In this document: one piece after another, positions 1 to 13,942 of the stretch
How positions within the stretch are numbered: the stretch's first letter is position 1
Layout of the letters: each line of letters starts with the position of its first letter
Assembly: GCA_030390025.1 (NCBI GenBank)
Contig: CM059425.1
Coordinates: 165,170,001-165,234,000, forward strand
Direction: 5' to 3'
DNA length: 64,000 bases
From: Squalus acanthias
Lineage: Eukaryota
Notes under the pieces: model-generated
What the model saw: only the letters and a program-made list of their open reading frames with translations
Databases searched by the model: none
What the model was told of the DNA's origin: nothing
Translations under genes and position numbers: made by a program

Positions 1-540
1 AGGCACAAGGACGGAGTGTGATGGAATACTCTCCACTTGCCTGGATGAGTGCAGCTCCAACAACACTCAAGAAGCTCAACACCATCCAGGACAAAGCAGC
101 CCGCTTGATTGGCACCCCATCCACCACCTTAAACATTCACTCCTTCCACCACCGGCGTACCGTGGCTGCAGTGTGTACCATCTACAAGATGCACTGCAGC
201 AACTCACCAAGGCTTCTTCAGCAGCACCTCCCAAACCCGCGACCTCTTCCACCTAGAAGGACAAGGGCAGCAGGTGCATGGGAACACCACCACCTCCAAG
301 TTCCCCTCCAAGTCACATACCATCCTGACTTAGAAGTATATCGCCAATCCTTCATCGTCGCTGGGTCAAAATCCTGGAACTCCCTCCATAACAGCACTGT
401 GGGAGTACCTTCATCACACGAACTGCAGCAGTTCAAGAAGGCGGCTCACCACCACCTTCTCAAGGGCAATTAGGGATGGGCAATAAATGCTGGCCTTGCC
501 AGTGATGCCCACATCGCATAAACAAATTTTTAAGAAAAAT
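1..540 (+). mobile_element. 3' end of non-LTR retrotransposon (LINE family X, CR1/L2-group-like), RT C-terminus + 3'UTR
   Basis: ORF 18-473 (MEYSPLAWMSAAPTTLKKL...) matches the C-terminus of the RT ORF at 27673-28626. It ends in AATAAA and an A-rich tail. Confidence 0.85.
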
Positions 541-626
541 TTCACGACCCACTCCAAGTTATTTCAACTTTCACACCCGACCTGCCTCCAATCGCGCCCG
601 CATGGACGCCAGAAAATTCCAACCAA

Positions 627-1172
627 AATATTTGTTTAAAGTCTCTGCCATTGCCTGATTCTCCATTATAATTTCTCCTGTCTCAGCCTCTAAGGGACCA
701 ACACTTACTTTTGCTACTCTCTTCCTTTTTACATACTTGTAGAAGTTCTTACAATCTTTTTATATTTCTTGCGAGTTTACTCTCATTTTATTTTCTCCCT
801 TTTTATCAATTTTTTGGTCATCCTTTTCTGGTTTCTAAACCGCTCCCAATCCTTAGGTTTATTACTATTCTTCACAACATTATAAGCCTCTTCTTTTAAT
901 CTAAAACTATCCGTAACTTCTTTTTTTCACCACAGATGGATCATTTTTCCTGTGGGGTTTTTATTTCTGAATGGAATATATATTTGTTCACAATTGTGGA
1001 AGAATTCTTCAAATGTTTGCCACTGTTTATCTACCGTCATACCTTTTAATCTAATTTCCCAATCTACCTTAGCCAACTTGCCCCTCAAAGCTATGTAATT
1101 GGCTTCATTTAAGTTTAAGACTCTATTTTCGGACTTAAGTATTTGACTCTCAAAACCAATGTGATATTCTAT
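627..1172 (-). mobile_element. CR1 LINE ORF2 fragment (EN-RT linker)
   Basis: RVLNLNEANYIALRGKLAKVDWE matches the CR1 copy at 38310-38500. Confidence 0.75.
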
Positions 1173-1460
1173 CATCGGAGTGACTGCTGCCAACGAATCA
1201 GAAGCTGCGCAGAATCATTCTGTGCATAAATGTCAGGTCCCAAATATGAAAAAGTAACGTTGACCACAACCAGCAGAGGACCTGATAGCGATAAGCACAC
1301 TCGGCGAGAGTACAATAAAACTCTCACAAGCTGACAACATCCGAATATCACCTTCAAGTCACATTTCCTCGTTAAATTGTACTGGAAGTTTTAGCAGTTC
1401 ATTCTGATGAATTAATCACACCGCTGCCACTCTCTTCTCGCGTTCCTTCTCCACCCTCCC

Positions 1461-3872
1461 ATAGAATCATAGAATGGTTACAGTACAGAAGGAGGCCATT
1501 CGGCCCGTCGAGCCTGTGCCGGCTCTCTGCAAGAGCCCTTCAGCTAGTCCCACTACCACGCCCTTTCCCCGTAGCCCTGCAAAAATTTTTCCTTCAGGTA
1601 CTTATCCAACTCCCTTTTGAAAGCCACGATTGAATCTGCCTCCTCCACCCTCTCAGGCAGTGCATTCCAGGTCCTAACTACTCGCTGCGTAAAGAAGTTT
1701 TTCCTCATGTCGCCTTTGGTTCTTCTGCCAATCATCTTAAATCTGTGTCCTCTGGTTCTCGACGCTTCCGCCAATGGGAACAGTTTCTCTCTGTCTTCTC
1801 TGTCCAGACCCCTCATGATTTTGAACACCTCTATCAAATCTCCTCTCAACCTTCTCTGCTTTAAGGAGAACAACCCCAGCTTCTCCAATCTATCCACGTA
1901 ACTGAAGTCCCTCATCCCTGAAACCATTCTTGTAAATCTTTTCTGCACCCTCTCTAAGGCCTTCACATCCTTCCTAAAGTGCGATGCCTAGATTGGACAC
2001 AATACTCCAGTTGAGGCCAATCCAGTGTTTTATAATGGTTAATCATAACTTCCTTGCTTTTATATTCTATGCCTCTGTTTATGAAGCCCAGGATCCCGTA
2101 AGCTTTTTTAACCACTTTCTCAACCTGCCCTACCACCTTCAACGATTTGTGCACATATACCCTCAGGTCTCTCTGTTCATGCACCCACTTTAGAATGGTA
2201 CCCTTTAGTTTATATTGCCTCTCCTTGTTCCTCCTACCAAAATGTATACTTCGCACTTTTCTGCGTTAAATTTCATCTGCCATGTGTCTGCCCATTCCAC
2301 CAGCCTGTCTATGTCTTCCTGAAGTCTATCACTATCCTCCTCACTGTTCACTATACTTCCAAGTTTTGTGTTATCCGCAGATTTTGAAATTGTGCCGTGT
2401 ACACCCAAGTCCAAGTCATTAATATATATCAAGAAAAGCAGTGGTCCTAGTACTGACCCCTGGGGAACACCACTGTATACCTTCCTCCAGTCCGAAAAAC
2501 AACCGTTCACCACTACTCTCTGTTTCCTGTCACTTAGCCAATTTCGTATCCATGAGGCACTGTCCCTTTTATTCCATGGACTTCAACTTTGCTGGCAAGC
2601 CTATTATGTGGCACTTTATCAAACGCCTTTTCGAAGTCCATGTACACCACATCAACCGCATTGCCCTCATCAACCCTCTCTGTTACCTCATCAAAGAACT
2701 CAATCAAGTTAGTTAAACACGATTTGCCTTTCACAAATCCGTGCTGGCTTTCCTTAATTAATCCACACTTGTCCAAGTGACTGTTAATTTTGTCCCGGAT
2801 TATCGTTTCTAAAAGCTTCCCCACTACCGAGGTTAAACTGACTGGCCTGTACTTGCTGGGTTTATCCTTGCAACCTTTTTTGAACAAGGGTGTAACATTT
2901 GCAATTCTCCAGTCCTCTGGCATCATGCCCATATCCAAGGAGGAATGGAAGATTATGGCCAGCACCTCCGCAATTTCCACCTTTACTTCCCTCAGCATCC
3001 TAGGATGCATCCCATCCGGTCCTGGTGACTTATCTACTTTAAGTACAGCCAGCCTTTCTAGTACCTCCTCTTTATCAATTTTTATCCCATCCGGTATCTC
3101 CACTACCTCCTCTTTCACTATGACTTTGGCAGAATCTTCTTCCTCGGTAAAGACAGATGCAAAGTACTCATTTAGTGCCTCAGCCATGCCCTCTGCCTCC
3201 ATGCATAGGTCTCCATTTTGGTCCCTAATCAGCCTCCACCCCTCCTCTTACTACCCATTTACTATTTATATGCCTATAGAAGACTTTTGGATTCCCTTTT
3301 ATGTTAGCTGCAAATCTATTCTCATACTCTCTCTTTTCCCCTCTTATTTTCTTTTTCACTTCCCCTCTGAACTTTCTATATTTAGCCTGGTTCTCACTTG
3401 TATTCTCAACCTGATATCTGCCATACGCCCCCTTTTTCTGCTTCATCTTTATCTCTATTTCTTTCATCATCCAGGGAGCCCTGGCTTTGGTTTCCCTACC
3501 TTTCTCCCTCGTGGGAATGTAGCTCGACTGTACCCGAACCATCTCCTCTTTAAAGGCAGCCCATTGTTCGATTACAGTTTTGCCTGCCAATCTTTGATTC
3601 CAATTTATCCGGGCCAGATCCGTTCTCAACCCATTGAAATTGGCCTTCCTCCAATTAAGTATTTTTACTCTAGATTGCTCCCTATCCTTTTCCATAGCTA
3701 ATCTAAACCTTATGATACGGTGATTACTGTTTCCTAAATGTTACCCTACTGACACTAGCTCTACTTGACCCACCTCATTCCCCAGAACCAGATCCAGCAA
3801 TGCCTCCTTCCTCGTCGAGCCGGAAACATACTGATCAAGAAAGTTCTCCTGAACACACTTCAGAAATTCTTA
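1461..3872 (-). mobile_element. CR1 LINE, 5'-truncated, frameshifted ORF2 (RT)
   Basis: Fragments carry KSPGPDG, QHGFVKGKSCLTNL, GVPQGSVLGP and SADNTKL. The CR1-type (ATTCTATG)n tail is at 1461-1475. Confidence 0.93.
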
Positions 3873-3879
3873 CCCCTCC

Positions 3880-4143
3880 CTAAGGACACTTTAATAAGGG
3901 GAGGAAGGCCTGCAGTACCGCGGTGCTATGTGCCACTGCGCGTGGTGCTGCGGCACATAGCGACGCGATTTTGGCTTGCAGTGCCCCAAGAGGGACGCGG
4001 GGCGCTTCCAGTAGCGCCCCTCCTCCCTCCCGAGGCGCTACCTGGGAAAATCGGCTGTGGGGGTACTAACTTTTTCGGGCCGCTAAAATTAGTGCCCTGG
4101 CGAAGGTAGTGCCCCAAAGGGGGCGCTATCCAATTTTTACCCC
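3880..4143. mobile_element. Right-end fragment of Harbinger-type MITE (family of 13943-14657)
   Basis: Similar to 14410-14657 and ends ...CCAATTTTTACCCC. Confidence 0.7.
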
Positions 4144-4154
4144 TATGACTCTAT

Positions 4155-5203
4155 GACCCTATCTGCAGTTTGTAAGTCAGAAAAGATAGTGGGATGAGGG
4201 GGAGGTGAGATGTGAGAAGAAGGATTAGGTATAAGGATACCGTCGTCTTGGATAGCTTCAGCGACTGCCCTCCCAAAAATGGCCAGCACCGTCTCCTCTA
4301 GGGGGGTGAGATTATGTAGGCATGCCTGTGCCCCTTTGGGTAGCCCCTGCTGGCTCCTATTGTGAGCCACCTTGTTCTGCAAGAGAAAGTGAAGTGTGTC
4401 AGTTAGTGTGGTGCAATGTGTTTGGGTGATGTGCCTGTCATGGTTGAATAGCTGACAGTGTGTACAAGCTGTGAGATGTGGATGTGAGTCTTTCAGCAGT
4501 GGTAAGTGTGTGAGGGTGAGGTGAAGCGATGAAAGTGAGGTATGTGTTGTGTTTGGTAGAGATTGTTGGTAGGTGAATGATTAGGGTGTGGTGCATTGAG
4601 CAGTGTGTGAGGTTAGTGGTGCAGATGGTGGATTAGACATTTGAAGATTAATTCACTGACCTTGACCATGCGTGTGATGTCATTAAAATTCCTCCTGCAG
4701 CGAGCTCCTCAGGCCGACACTGCTGGCATTGACAGCTATGGCTATTTGCTCCCATTGGCGTTTTCGAGTTTTCATCGAGAACTTCTTGCCCCCTGTGAAA
4801 ATAGGACCTCTCTCCTCCTTTCTATCTCCTACACCAAAGCTTTCAGTGCTGCATCAGAGGACCTTGGTGCACGCTCATGAAGCTGTTGTGACATTTGCAT
4901 TGTCTCCCCCAGCCAGTTGCACGAGCAGGTGCAGGCAGAATGCACCTCCCCTTTAGGAGGTGCAGACTGCCTTTAAGAAGTGGAGGCTAGCTTTCATTGG
5001 TGCTAGCCTCGCACAAGCTTGGGCCCCCTGCTGAGCATTCAGCCACTCAGCAGCACGTTCACCGTTAGGCTGAACGCTACAATCATTATAATTAGCAGGC
5101 AGCATGCAGGTCGCGTGCTGCCTGCATTCCTTTCAACGGTCGTGGGTGATCGTGCATCAGGATCCTCACACCCGTTTTTGGGTGCAACCCAATTTTTAGC
5201 CCA
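4155..5203 (-). pseudogene. Decayed Harbinger element end with Myb/SANT-like gene remnant
   Basis: Minus strand reads HERAPRSSDAALKALV*EIERRREVLF, then RRNFNDITRMVK|gtcagt, and ttgcag|NKVAHNR. TIR-like end AATTTTTAGCCC near 5203. Confidence 0.7.
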
Positions 5204-5899
5204 TTATATCCCCTTTGGGAGCCGTCTGCTAACTTTTATTATCATGCTTCTTCTCTCAGCCAATGGAGAGCGATGTTCTGAGCCTCAGGTTTCTCTGTCA
5301 CCACATTAGTGACACCTTGGAAGGGACTCTCCTCAGAGTTAACACCCATTTTGGGCCAGTAAAAAGGGCAGAATCGGTTATTTAAGGCAACTGCGTCAAA
5401 TCTGCCTCCCAAAAAACTTCACCTGCATTCTTTTCCCCAAAAAACACCCATCCCCTTTAAGACCCACCAGAAGTGCTTACTGCCCCATGTAAATGGGTCA
5501 AGGGGGCGTGACCAACCTCTCTGACCCATTCCCTACATTTCTGCACCAATACACCCCCAATAATTAACGTCACTATAAATGTGGCAGTAACAGCTCCGGC
5601 AGATATCCCTGCGGCAGATACAGTTGGTGGCAGCCATTTTGTATGCTCATAGTGAAGATTGGTGTTACTTTGCCTGCCTAATGCTCTTTAAAGTGCTTTG
5701 GGAGTTAAGACTTTTGCTGCTACTTTTACTCAGCTCTGCTCAAAGTAATGCTTAGCACTCTAGACATAGATTTCCCTTTGGGAATACTTTTATTATCGTG
5801 TATGAGGAGGATGACATGCAAATGACCAGATTAGTGGCTATTAGATTGAGGCTTCATAGAAAGCATCTCTTCCCTACATGTGAACACTCAGCCAACAGA

Positions 5900-6730
5900 G
5901 TCTCCAAATCAAGAAGGTATTACTTAGACTTCTCTGAACATGAGAAAGCTGTGCTTATCCCAGAGGCTATTGGGGAAATATGTCAACTGCTGGCTGAAGA
6001 CCTGCAGCCTATTTCCAGCAGGAGAACTATCTGTCAAGGTCACCACTGCCTTAAACATCTTTGCATCTGGGTACTTCAAGGCAATATCAGGTGACCTGTG
6101 TTGCATTAGCCAGTCAGCATCTCAAAGCTGCCTCAAGAAAGGCACACAATGCTCTCTTCATGAACTCTGTACAATTAATTTTCTAACAATAAAAATAGAA
6201 AAGCAAGGAGAAATAGCTGTCCAATTCTGTAGGCTGGCTGCAGGGAGCAATTGATGGAACTCGTGCCACTCAAAGCCCAATATGAAAACCTATCTATTTT
6301 ATGAACAAAAAGGACTTCCATTCTATCGATGTGCAGCTAGTGTGCAATGCTAATCACCCGATCCTGCAAGTTAATACTAATACCCAGGAGGCTGCCATGA
6401 CTCTTTGATCATGCAACAATCCACCATTCCAGCCCTCATGACTCAATGCCATGTATCAGGATGGTTAATTGGTGACCAAGGCTATCCCTGCTACTCATGG
6501 CTGATAACTCAAGAGAGGCTTCCACAGACACCTGTGGAGAACTGATAAAATGAAGCTATGCGACCACAAGAAGTGGCATAGAGCAGACTATATGTGTTCC
6601 GAAATTTTGTTTTAGGTGCCTAGATAAGTTTGGCGGAGCACTGTAGTACAACCCAGCCAGAGTCTCCAGGATCATTGTGGCATGTTGTATGCTTCATAAT
6701 ATTGCCACGAAGAAAGGCTTCCTGCCTTTG
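5900..6730 (+). pseudogene. Decayed Harbinger (HARBI1-like DDE) transposase
   Basis: Frameshifted motifs in order: SVKVTTALNIFASGYF, GAIDGT, KDFHSIDVQLVC, PGGCHDS, GWLIGDQGY, VACCMLHNIA. Confidence 0.85.
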
Positions 6731-7756
6731 GAACCTAAAGGTGATTGTGAGAATGACGATGAGGGAGAGACAACACCTGCAGCCCACAACATGAGGAAGT
6801 TCCGCAGGAATGAGAGGAAGTGGAACAGGAGAGTCAGCTGCCAGAGCAAGGAGAGGACAATTGATAGCCCAGTGCTTTCAAAAAATGATGGTTGACTCAT
6901 CAAAATAAAGTCACTTCACACTGGCCTGTTCTCCCCCAACACCCTCACAAAGTGCATGATTGTCCAAGACTTTTGCCAAGTTCCTTCACAAGAAAGAAGT
7001 CTCCATTTCCTCAGCCATCATCCCACTGCCAAAAGTTGAACATATACACAAAAATGAACTCAAAACTCTATGTGATCAAGCCATGTTTACTTTAAACAAC
7101 AATATTCACAAGGAAGTGCCACAAACAATCCATTCTCCCCATCTACAACTACTTCTTAGCACTCGGTAGCAGCTACCCCAAGACAAGAGTCAACTCAGGT
7201 CTCCAAGGCTAAAAAAAGGGAACCATCCCAGTCATTTACACTCAACCGCATCTCATTCAGGAAGCACCTCGCAGGACTCGATTAGCAGCTAAAATAAATA
7301 AAGTGTGATTGTGTAAATTGGGTGATGGCGAATCGGCAGTCCATTTTACATCTCTCCTGATTTTTATTTCCATTGAAGTTAAAATACAACAGCAATGAAA
7401 TGAATGATTAGTCAACTATTTGGTAGAGTTTATTGTGGGAGGAATGTTGACGGGGTACTAGGAGAATTCCCTGCTCCTCTTTGTATTTTTTCCTGGGATG
7501 CTTAACATTATTCAACAAAGTACTCACTGGTGAGTGTTCAGAACTACCCAAGTCCATATGTGTCTTTAAATGTCACTTTTGTTGATCTTATAAGGTCTGG
7601 CAATTGTTCTTTAAGGTTGAATGAAAAATGTGCAGCCATGACATTTTACTCTTTAAATTCACTTGTTTATTCACTTGAAGTATCAATGTGACCACTGCCT
7701 GGGATCATCATTACAACGTGCTGTGAACCTCTTTCTAATATGTCTTTATTTTTGCA

Positions 7757-7900
7757 ACAAAAACAGAAAGTGCTGGAATCACACAGCAGGTCATCTCATG
7801 AAGGGCTGTATGCCTGAAATGTTAACTTATTTGTTCCCTCCACAATTGCTGAGTGACATGCTGTGTTTTTCAAGCATTTTCTGGTTTTGTTTCAGATTTC
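7757..7900. repeat. Degenerate inverted (palindromic) Penelope-terminal fragment
   Basis: AAAACAGAAAGTGCTGGAA...ACAGCAGGTCA paired with an inverted copy; same family as 21877-21975 and 57340-57440. Confidence 0.55.
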
Positions 7901-8072
7901 TAGTATATGTAGTTTTCTGCTTTTTATTTGTCTTTTTGTTATATTTTCAGTTCCCTTTATTTTATCAAACTATCGAGAACTGAGTAAATATTTATGCCTC
8001 TTGTCAACATTTTTTGTATTTTGAATTACAGTAAATTGCTTATCCTTTTATTTTTAATTCCATGTGTTGTAG

Positions 8073-8303
8073 TGTGTCCTGGAATCAAAACTCTGCAAGC
8101 TGTACAGACATCTGAATGCAACCAAACATACACTGAGTCTTATTCTTGCACCAGGCCAAGAATCTCATGAGCAGGTTTGTCATATCCTTCCCGGTGTTGT
8201 CTATGCCAGGTTGCTAAATCATGAGACCAGATGCAACCAATCACTGGAAGAGTGCTGCATAGATCTGTTGACCCTCACACTGATTGTGCCTTCTGCCCCT
8301 TGG
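8073..8303 (+). CDS. Candidate internal exon of an unidentified host gene (77 codons, phase 0-0)
   Basis: Pyrimidine-rich tract + TTGTAG acceptor and TGG|GTGAGT donor. 231 nt with no stop: CVLESKLCKLYRHLNATKHTLSLILAPGQESHEQVCHILPGVVYARLLNHETRCNQSLEECCIDLLTLTLIVPSAPW. Flanks are non-repetitive and AT-rich. Confidence 0.6.
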
Positions 8304-9384
8304 GTGAGTGTGTTTTTTCTGTTTGTCACCTTTTCTGTATTATAATTACAGGAGTCTATTCTAGTCGTTTAAGGGTTGCAGACAATGATAAATGATTTAG
8401 AATACCATATGGTTCTGAAATAGGATTTGGGTCAATCATTGACGATGTATTTTCACTCAGACCTCTTTTTAAGCAGCATTCTGCTGCCATTTGAGTACAA
8501 CAAGGTCCTGTTCATGGAAATAAATTTCTTTCTGAAATTGAATTAAAACCAAAGTTACTGTGGAAATAATGAAAATAAGGTAAGGGGGTGGGGTGGGGTG
8601 GGGGAGGAAAATCTTTTGTTTTTGCTGAATTGTAACATTGAGGGAGGTCAGAGTTGAGAAATAAAATCTTTTCTCAATTTCTGTTACTGGTGCCATCACC
8701 AAGCTCTTCCAAGTGTGGTACAGCATAGATTAAATACACTACAAGCTCCCTCTACAATGTGCCTTAAAGAAAGAATAAACTAGAATTTATATGGTGCCTT
8801 ATCAAGTCCTCTGGATGTCCAAAAGCACTTTACAACCAATGAATTACTTTTTAAGTTCAGTCACTGTTGCTATATATTTCATGGGGAAGTATATTTTATT
8901 CAAAGTACTCCCCCCATATCTTTTTAAGGCTTATAATATGCAACGCTGTTTCTTAAAAATAGGCAAATTTCCTGCTGGAGACTCACCATTTCAGATTTGA
9001 TTCCTTCCAGGCCACTCCTGTGGTATTACTGGTGGGAAGGAGCTGCCTTCATCCAGGGACAACTCCATTCATTTTAGTAAAGGTTGGAATGCCCAGTCAA
9101 AATAAAGCCAACTTGAAGCCACGCAAACACAGGAAAATACACTACTGACTAAAAATGCTGCCTACTTTGCTGTTATTGAGTTTTGCCTGGGCACAACTCC
9201 AGATGAGCTACCAATCCCATTCAAAAGTTGCAAACTCTCCCCATTAAACTAAAGGGACGCACTCTGGGATGCAAAGGCTCTTTCTCATCAGTGTTGTCAC
9301 CATAGGTCTCCATTAAAGCAGAAAATTTGATGATTTAATAAAAAGCAGCAGAGTACGGAGAAGATGCCTACTTCCACTGCTGTT

Positions 9385-9485
9385 TTATCGCCCATTTCCG
9401 CCTCTGCCTCAGCCCATCGGCTACTGAAACCCTCATCTATGTCATTGTTACCTCCAGACTTGACTATTCCAATGATCTCTTGGCC
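9385..9485 (+). repeat. L2-type LINE fragment
   Basis: Encodes ETLIYVIVTSRLDYSN, an L2-like RT C-terminal motif. Confidence 0.5.
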
Positions 9486-11124
9486 GGTTGGACATTAGGC
9501 TTTGCCATCAGAGATATACAGGCCCAGCTCTAATTCAGAATATTTTCAGGCTCTAGTAGAACTGTATGACTCTGACAAAAGGAAGGCCCAGTAGAAGGAA
9601 TAAAGAACCTGAGGAAAGGTATGTGTCATCCAAGGGACCAGCAAAGCAGCCACTTTATGTGAGTCCGTGAACATGTAGCATGGATAAACGTTGTGTTGCC
9701 AGTGTGCTTGATGTTTGTTGCTTGCCATATTCAGTGGACAACAAGACAAATGAATTAGCATGGCAATAATGCAGAGTGCTATGTTTAAATATGGACAGTA
9801 GATGAAAGTAGATGAAAATTTTCCAGAATGCTGTGCATTCTCCCTTTTGTAATGTTCCATCAAGTTATAGTGCAGTGCTGTTAGGATTCATTGTAACAAG
9901 GTTGTAACATTAATCAAAATGTGAGCCTTGACCATCTTTCAGAGGCCAACAAATTTCTTCTTCACTTGCACTCAGGTTTGGTGCATAGGTTAGACAGCAT
10001 TGACTCTTTCACTCACCTTCATCCAGCTCTGCTCTTCCCTAGTGGATGTCCCTCAGCTCCATAAAGAACTACCCTTCCAAAGATGCATCCTGGGATGGAA
10101 CTGTTCTACTTGTTGACTTGTTCCAGCAATTAATTCCCTTCAGCAGCAGGATAGCTTGAAGGGTGACCAGCAGTCTTTTTAGAGCTGCTTGCACCAGATA
10201 ACCCACCTCTTGATCCTGGTCTACTCTTAGTGCATCATGTGCTGTGTTCTGAGATCGCCATGATATCACGTAAATGGGCTGTACTCCTACGATAGCAAGA
10301 AGTCAGCTCTCAGAACTGAGGGCACGCACAGCTCCCAAAGAGCATCAATCCCACCACCACTGAGCTGGTACCACATTATTGGCATCTATCCATATAAAAG
10401 TTTTGAGAGTTCCTCACACTCCAGACATTGCATTTTAGATGTCACATTTTGTTTGAAATACTAATAGGTCACAAGTGATAATACTCTTTTTTAAAGTATA
10501 CAAAAATGTTAGAAATAAAATAATTTTGTGCTTTTTTTGTTGGCTGGAGATAAAATGGCCTCCCCCCAAAGAGAGAAGCCATAGAGCTGTCAATTTGGAG
10601 AAATATCCAACATCAAACCATTTACCCACAGGAACTACCTGAGCATTCACCTTAATTGGATAGGACAGGTTAACATTATAAATGTGCTCCAGGCTCCAGA
10701 CTACCCATGGGCATTGCCACAGGAGGTCAGCCAGTAATATCAAGTAAATCTTTTAACATGAAGCAGGAGGGGGAAAAATGCATTTTATAGATTCTGAATC
10801 TCTGACAAAACATTAATGCTTTTGATCCTTCCCCACAGCAGCACTAATTACAGTTTACTTCATTTCCTGTCTGTGCCAAGACACTACCTTTGTCCTACAT
10901 GTTTGGAAATTACCATTTTCTTCACCATTTTCTGCCAGGATTTGATGGCTCAACTGGCAGATTTCAGAGCTCTTCTGACTATGAATAACCAGATCCTACT
11001 CCACCATTTATAAGAGATATTATAATAAAATATTTACCGTACAACCCAAAGGTTATGAGGCAGAAATCTAAAATGAAATGTTTTTATTAACCTAAGGATA
11101 GATACCATATAAAGGTATGAAGTA

Positions 11125-11450
11125 ACAACAACACTTTGCATTTATGTGGTGCCTTTAATGTAGAAAAATATCTTAAGGTGCTTTATAGAAGCATAATCAG
11201 ATGTAAATGAACACCAAGTCAAAGAAAGATATTAGGAGGGATAATCAAAAGCTTGGTCAGAGAGATAGATTTTAAATAGAGATGGAGAGTCAGAGAGATT
11301 TAGGGAGGAAATTCCAGAGTGTAGTGCCGCGATAGCTGAAGGCATAGCCGCCAATGGTGGGGGATGGGAGGGGGGTGCACAAGAGACCAGAGTTGGAGGA
11401 ATGGAGAGTTTGGGGGGGGGGGGGGTGCGTGGGGGTTGTAAGGCTGGGGG
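11125..11450 (-). repeat. L2-type LINE 3' fragment
   Basis: Similar to 30245-30505 and shares the TTGCATTTAT...GCCTTT terminus with the Deu-SINE tails. Confidence 0.55.
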
Positions 11451-11927
11451 AGTTTAACCTCAGTAATTAAAAGTGATTAGTGGTAGGTATGACTCCTACT
11501 TCAGGACTGCAGTTTTAAAGAATCCACATGGGATAGCTTAGGAGAGGTAAGGTTATATTGGCAGGCATCTTAGCAGTGAGGAAAACCTTGAAAAGTCCGT
11601 AATGAAGCATAGGTGAACAACATAATCATCTCGCATATGAATTTCTTACACTCTAGACAAATACATGACAAAATTCTGTCATATAAAATAAGCTAAAACA
11701 TTCAAAATTTGTTGCTTGAAACACATTTGCATATAATGTCCACGCCAGAGACAAATTAAGGTTGATAACCATTTCCTTATATTAGTAACTTGCTTCAGAA
11801 TTGCATCAATGTGCATTTAACTATAATTTAAATCAATTCTAGAACGATTTGGATGCTAGTAAAAGTTTCAAAGTCGTGTTACTTTATTTGCCAACCTTTT
11901 ACAGCTGTCCTAGAGTTGCCAGACAGG

Positions 11928-12154
11928 GGCCTAGAAATTCGATTAAGCCCGAAAATGGGCGGTGCCACCGCAGGCCAAGGTTAACGGCAGCCCACAAAAA
12001 GAGTGCAGGTAACACCGGTATTTTGGCGCTGCCTGCTGATTTAAATGAGCGGAGCGCAGAATCTCTTGTGCAACACGCTCTTTCCGGCGGTAACATCAGC
12101 AGGAGGCTGAAGGTTGCGTCTAAAGGATTGGTGCGGCATTCTTGGGCAATGTGC
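11928..12154. mobile_element. MITE left arm (TIR GGCCTAGAAATTC)
   Basis: TIR is preceded by AGG; a matching inverted TIR ends at 16150 followed by AGG. Confidence 0.6.
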
Positions 12155-13255
12155 TGTTTGGGATAATTTGGTGACGGCTTGAAGGGATAATTACTAGTCC
12201 TAGCTCCTTTAGGGATACCCCGGATCAGGCGTATTTCTCAAGACGTTCACTTTCAACTAAAGTTTGAGGTAGCCGAATCCTAAAGATGCTTAATTGGGCC
12301 TAAAGGTCTGGACTATCTCTCCCTAAAGGAAAGGAACAACCCGAGAATGTTACCCTCCTCCAGATAGCACTTTTAATAAGTTTAGCTAGACTATAACGTT
12401 CCGGATATTATGAGGGTCCGGAAAACTCCCTCAGAATTCTGCAACTCCTCACCAAAGAGTGTACAGAGATTGAGTTTGCGAGTTTTTGATACAGAAGTAT
12501 TATGTGAGACAATTCTAAAAATATATAGATTTATTAAAGAACCAACATTTAATTTACAGTTGGTGAGTCAATCGCAACATTAACAGTTCCAAAAAGAGAA
12601 AACTTACAATCTTATTATCAGAGAATCTTACTTTTAAATCTTAACTTCACTACAGTATTACAGTTCATAGTGTTCTACAGGATATCCACCAAAATCAAAT
12701 ATCTTTGATCCCCGAGTTGGAGACTTACAGAGCCGCCTCTGAAGCCGAGAATCATTTTGCCCAATTAAAACGAGTCTGTTATCCCATTTGAGAGTTCAAT
12801 ATTTATACCTTTTTCCAGTGGTATTTCCTTTAAGGTTTTCTGCTGATGCAAGCTAATTATCTCTAGTCATTTTTCTGCCTATTTCTGCAACTCTTACTGC
12901 CACCTCAGCCAGACTCGTGTCTCATCTCTCGGTGTTCTAAGTTTACCATATAAAAAACGGCGTAACGGCAGGTGTTCCTTACTTTATGTCATCTTTACGA
13001 GGGCAGATGTTCCTTACTTTATGTGCTTCTTTACGAAGTGTAAATTAGAACACCTTATCCATGGTGAACCATTGTTTTTGTTCCCAAAGGTCAGCCTGTC
13101 GGAGCCATGTACCTTCTGTTTCAACAAGGTTATTTATTCAGGGTCAACAACTGTCTTATCTCAATAGCCAGAATGCTTTCACAGCTATTTCATAGTTAGG
13201 TTTCTAAATTTCCAAACCCAGTTTGTCATGTTTTAATAAGGCCAGAATTCTTTCA
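12155..13255 (-). mobile_element. Possible solo LTR (ERV-like)
   Basis: TG...CA termini. Minus-strand TATA-like (~12800-12810) and AATAAA (~12530-12535). A ~35-bp tandem duplication lies at 12968-13038. No TSD found. Confidence 0.4.
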
Positions 13256-13942
13256 TAAGATGGTGTATTTTTCTGAATTGGTTATATGGCTTATTCCTTC
13301 ACAGGCTCCTGGGTTTTGCTGGGTCAGGTGGTATCGAGTTCGCTGGTGGCCCTTGTAGGGTTGGAGCATTGTCCGTTGTGGCACAAGAGGAGGCATTTGT
13401 TTGTCCACGGCACTCCTCTTACTTTCTCGGACATTTGTCTGGGTCTTGTGATGGTCCACAAATAGGTACCAGACTGCCTGGTACTCCCACCTTCGCTGGC
13501 TGTCATAGGTCCACAGATGTTTCACCCAGATGTTTGGTGTGTGGAGGTTTGTGCTCCAGCATGGTGCTGGAAGGGGAGGGGAATGGGGATGCACCATCTT
13601 GCAGCTAGCAGTGACAATGCACTAGCCTGCATATCACATAGGGGAATAACTTCCTGGTGAGTGGGTCTTAAAGCACAGGTTCAGATCTGGAGGGACTGTG
13701 ACTGTAAACACCACATGAAGACTGTGGCATAGATGTCATAAAACCATTGCATGAGAAATCACTTGAAATAAAACATTTTTTAAAAAAGGAAGCATGAACC
13801 TCTTGGTCACCAGTTTACTGGTGTAAATCGTGCAGAAGAGAATTCAATTAAATTTTTAACAGCAACAGACTTTTGAAGAACTCTTGGTGAGAATATGGTG
13901 TTAAATCTTACTTAATTCTTGGCCTTGAAAAACAGACTTCAA

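Noticed and set aside
2790..3701. Long antisense ORFs (also 23568-24374, 35209-35775, 48579-49250)
   Set aside because: Shadow frames of LINE RT or transposase coding sequence.
9550..9620. Possible exon (ttttcag...AG|GTATGT)
   Set aside because: Stops in all three frames.
10010..10270. Possible very old Myb-like exon on the minus strand
   Set aside because: Only a donor site and a faint DQEVGYLVQAA similarity; too weak to call.
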